A stretch of 27,425 bases of DNA from Promethearchaeota archaeon. GTDB taxonomy: Archaea; Asgardarchaeota; Lokiarchaeia; Sigyniarchaeales; SOKP01. The position numbers and the translations under genes are program-made. A model generated the notes under the pieces. The model was not told where the DNA came from and did not search any database. It worked only from the letters and a program-made list of their open reading frames with translations. The DNA is taken from the NCBI GenBank assembly GCA_016839745.1, contig JAEOTS010000076.1, positions 1-27,425 of the forward strand. The letters are read 5' to 3'. Position 1 is the first letter of the stretch; each line of letters starts with the position of its first letter. Below, one piece after another: positions 26,055 through 27,425 of the stretch.

Positions 26055-26864
26055 TTACATAAGGTTATGTTTCCAGTTTTTCATTTTTGTATAATACCTC
26101 GAAAACATAATATAACAAATATCAGGCAATTCCTTATCTAGATTATTTAATATGATATATCGGAGAATATGATTGATTAGGAAAATACCCAGAAATTCCA
26201 TGTGATAACTACCTACTTTTTTAGAGAGTACTCCACCTGTATAAGCTATATTTAGTTTCTCCTGATTATCGTAGGTTAATTCAATAAAGATTCCTGGAAA
26301 AACTTCTTTTTTGAATCTCCATCCATTTTCTGTATTCCAGACTTTAGCACCCAAAAAGGAAGCGAGCTTTTTCTGATCTTTATCTTTTAATAAGGAAAAT
26401 GGCTCTAATCGTTGGATTAATACCTTTTTCATTAAATCTGTTTTTGTATCGTAAGATTTCTCAAAAGGTTCTTTATGATTAATCATTCTTTCTATAAAAT
26501 CAAAGATGATATCAACGAAGGTTATGCTATCTTCACCAGGTACGATTATCGCTCTTTCTCCGGAAAAATAACACTTAAATTCAGCTGTAATGCCATCTCC
26601 AAATTCATCTCCAAAATAAGAATAAGTTAAATGAATATTTACTTCAGGAAACATTTCTAATGTAATCGTCCAATCTTCGTTGAGACCAATATTTTCTATT
26701 TTGCCTCCAATATCCTCTGAAATTATCTTCTTTAGCGTATCCATATTTATATCAACGAAAAGTTGAAATTTAGCTTTGCTAATATCTTCTAATTCCTTAA
26801 CATGTGGGCCCGTTACCCCAGTGGCATCAATTTGTCCAACAGTCCAATATTTTGATCTAGTAAT
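26055..26864 (-). CDS. Hypothetical protein with two tandem DUF3786-like repeats; probable ATT start 40 codons upstream of the first ATG (26744)
   Basis: The frame is open from a TAG near 26894 with no ATG/GTG/TTG before 26744. An AGGTGG SD lies 8 nt before ATT 26864. Internal repeat GGKI...WTITLEMFPEVNIHLTY versus GAKV...WRFKKEVFPGIFIELTY. GDEF and PGED resemble DUF3786 motifs. Confidence 0.65.
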   Translation of the reverse strand: MTRSKYWTVGQIDATGVTGPHVKELEDISKAKFQLFVDINMDTLKKIISEDIGGKIENIGLNEDWTITLEMFPEVNIHLTYSYFGDEFGDGITAEFKCYFSGERAIIVPGEDSITFVDIIFDFIERMINHKEPFEKSYDTKTDLMKKVLIQRLEPFSLLKDKDQKKLASFLGAKVWNTENGWRFKKEVFPGIFIELTYDNQEKLNIAYTGGVLSKKVGSYHMEFLGIFLINHILRYIILNNLDKELPDICYIMFSRYYTKMKNWKHNLM

Positions 26865-26906
26865 TTTAACTCCACCTTCGAAAAAATTCTTCTAGTATTA
26901 TAGAAT

Positions 26907-27425
26907 TTATTTTTTTTTGAATTTTGCGATAAAAAATCCTTTTGTCTGATGGGTTGCTGGAAACAATCTTCCTGTTCCGGGAATATGCTGGTCTTCTATA
27001 CTATAGCTAGGAGAAAACCATTTTGGAAGCTCCATTGGTTTAAAATGGTTTAAAATTTTCAGAATTTGGTGCTCTCCTTCCTCTGGATAAAGACTACATG
27101 TAGAATAAACAAGAATTCCAGAAGGTTTTAATAGATTAGTTGCACTTTTAAGTAATTTCTCTTGGAGTAAAATATTTTGATGTAGAAATCCCTCATTTTG
27201 TCGCCATTTAAGTTCGGGATTTGTCGAAAATGTTCCACTTCCAGTACAAGGAGCGTCTAATAAAATCTTATCGAAAAAGTTGGTAAATCTTATGGGAAAT
27301 TTAATGCCATCTGAATTCATTAGATAAGTGTTTAATACATTTAAATTTCTTAAAAGCTGTCTCGTTACACTTATTCGCGGTTTGCTAAAGTCGTTGGCTA
27401 TAATTTTCGCCTGATTTTGAGATAA
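26907..27425 (-). CDS. RsmB/NOP2/NSUN family RNA m5C methyltransferase (C-terminal part; 5' end outside the window)
   Basis: The frame stays open to the window end (LSQNQAKIIANDFSKPR...). Motif IV FDKILLDAPCTG, motif VI VYSTCS...EEGE and GFFIAK are present. Confidence 0.93.
   Translation of the reverse strand, partial: LSQNQAKIIANDFSKPRISVTRQLLRNLNVLNTYLMNSDGIKFPIRFTNFFDKILLDAPCTGSGTFSTNPELKWRQNEGFLHQNILLQEKLLKSATNLLKPSGILVYSTCSLYPEEGEHQILKILNHFKPMELPKWFSPSYSIEDQHIPGTGRLFPATHQTKGFFIAKFKKK

Overview
AT-rich archaeal chromosomal window, most likely from a Lokiarchaeia/Promethearchaeota (Asgard) genome. That assignment is inferred from the BHB-intron tRNA, PAC2 and DUF2070 genes, an Arf-like small GTPase, a multi-PAS protein and many TTG starts. 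It holds about 25 CDSs and one tRNA-Ala(GGC) with a non-canonical 43/44 intron. The metabolic genes are an ADP-forming acyl-CoA synthetase alpha subunit, a thiolase, a FadH-like flavoenzyme, dut, purE, rpiA, a racemase and a partial NSUN/RsmB methyltransferase. No mobile element or CRISPR array is visible. Highlights: (1) an overlapping two-gene module of an Arf-like GTPase and a longin/uDENN-like domain fused to a winged-helix, with an inverted repeat upstream, a candidate GTPase-controlled transcription switch; (2) a membrane-anchored subtilase with the domain order and motifs of eukaryotic site-1 protease (S1P/MBTPS1); (3) two, possibly three, genes that appear to start at ATT/ATA behind an AGGTG(A/G) Shine-Dalgarno; (4) genes missing from the ORF track: a dodecin, a 35-aa membrane peptide and a protein with at least five PAS domains. 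All family assignments come from motif recognition by eye, not database searches.
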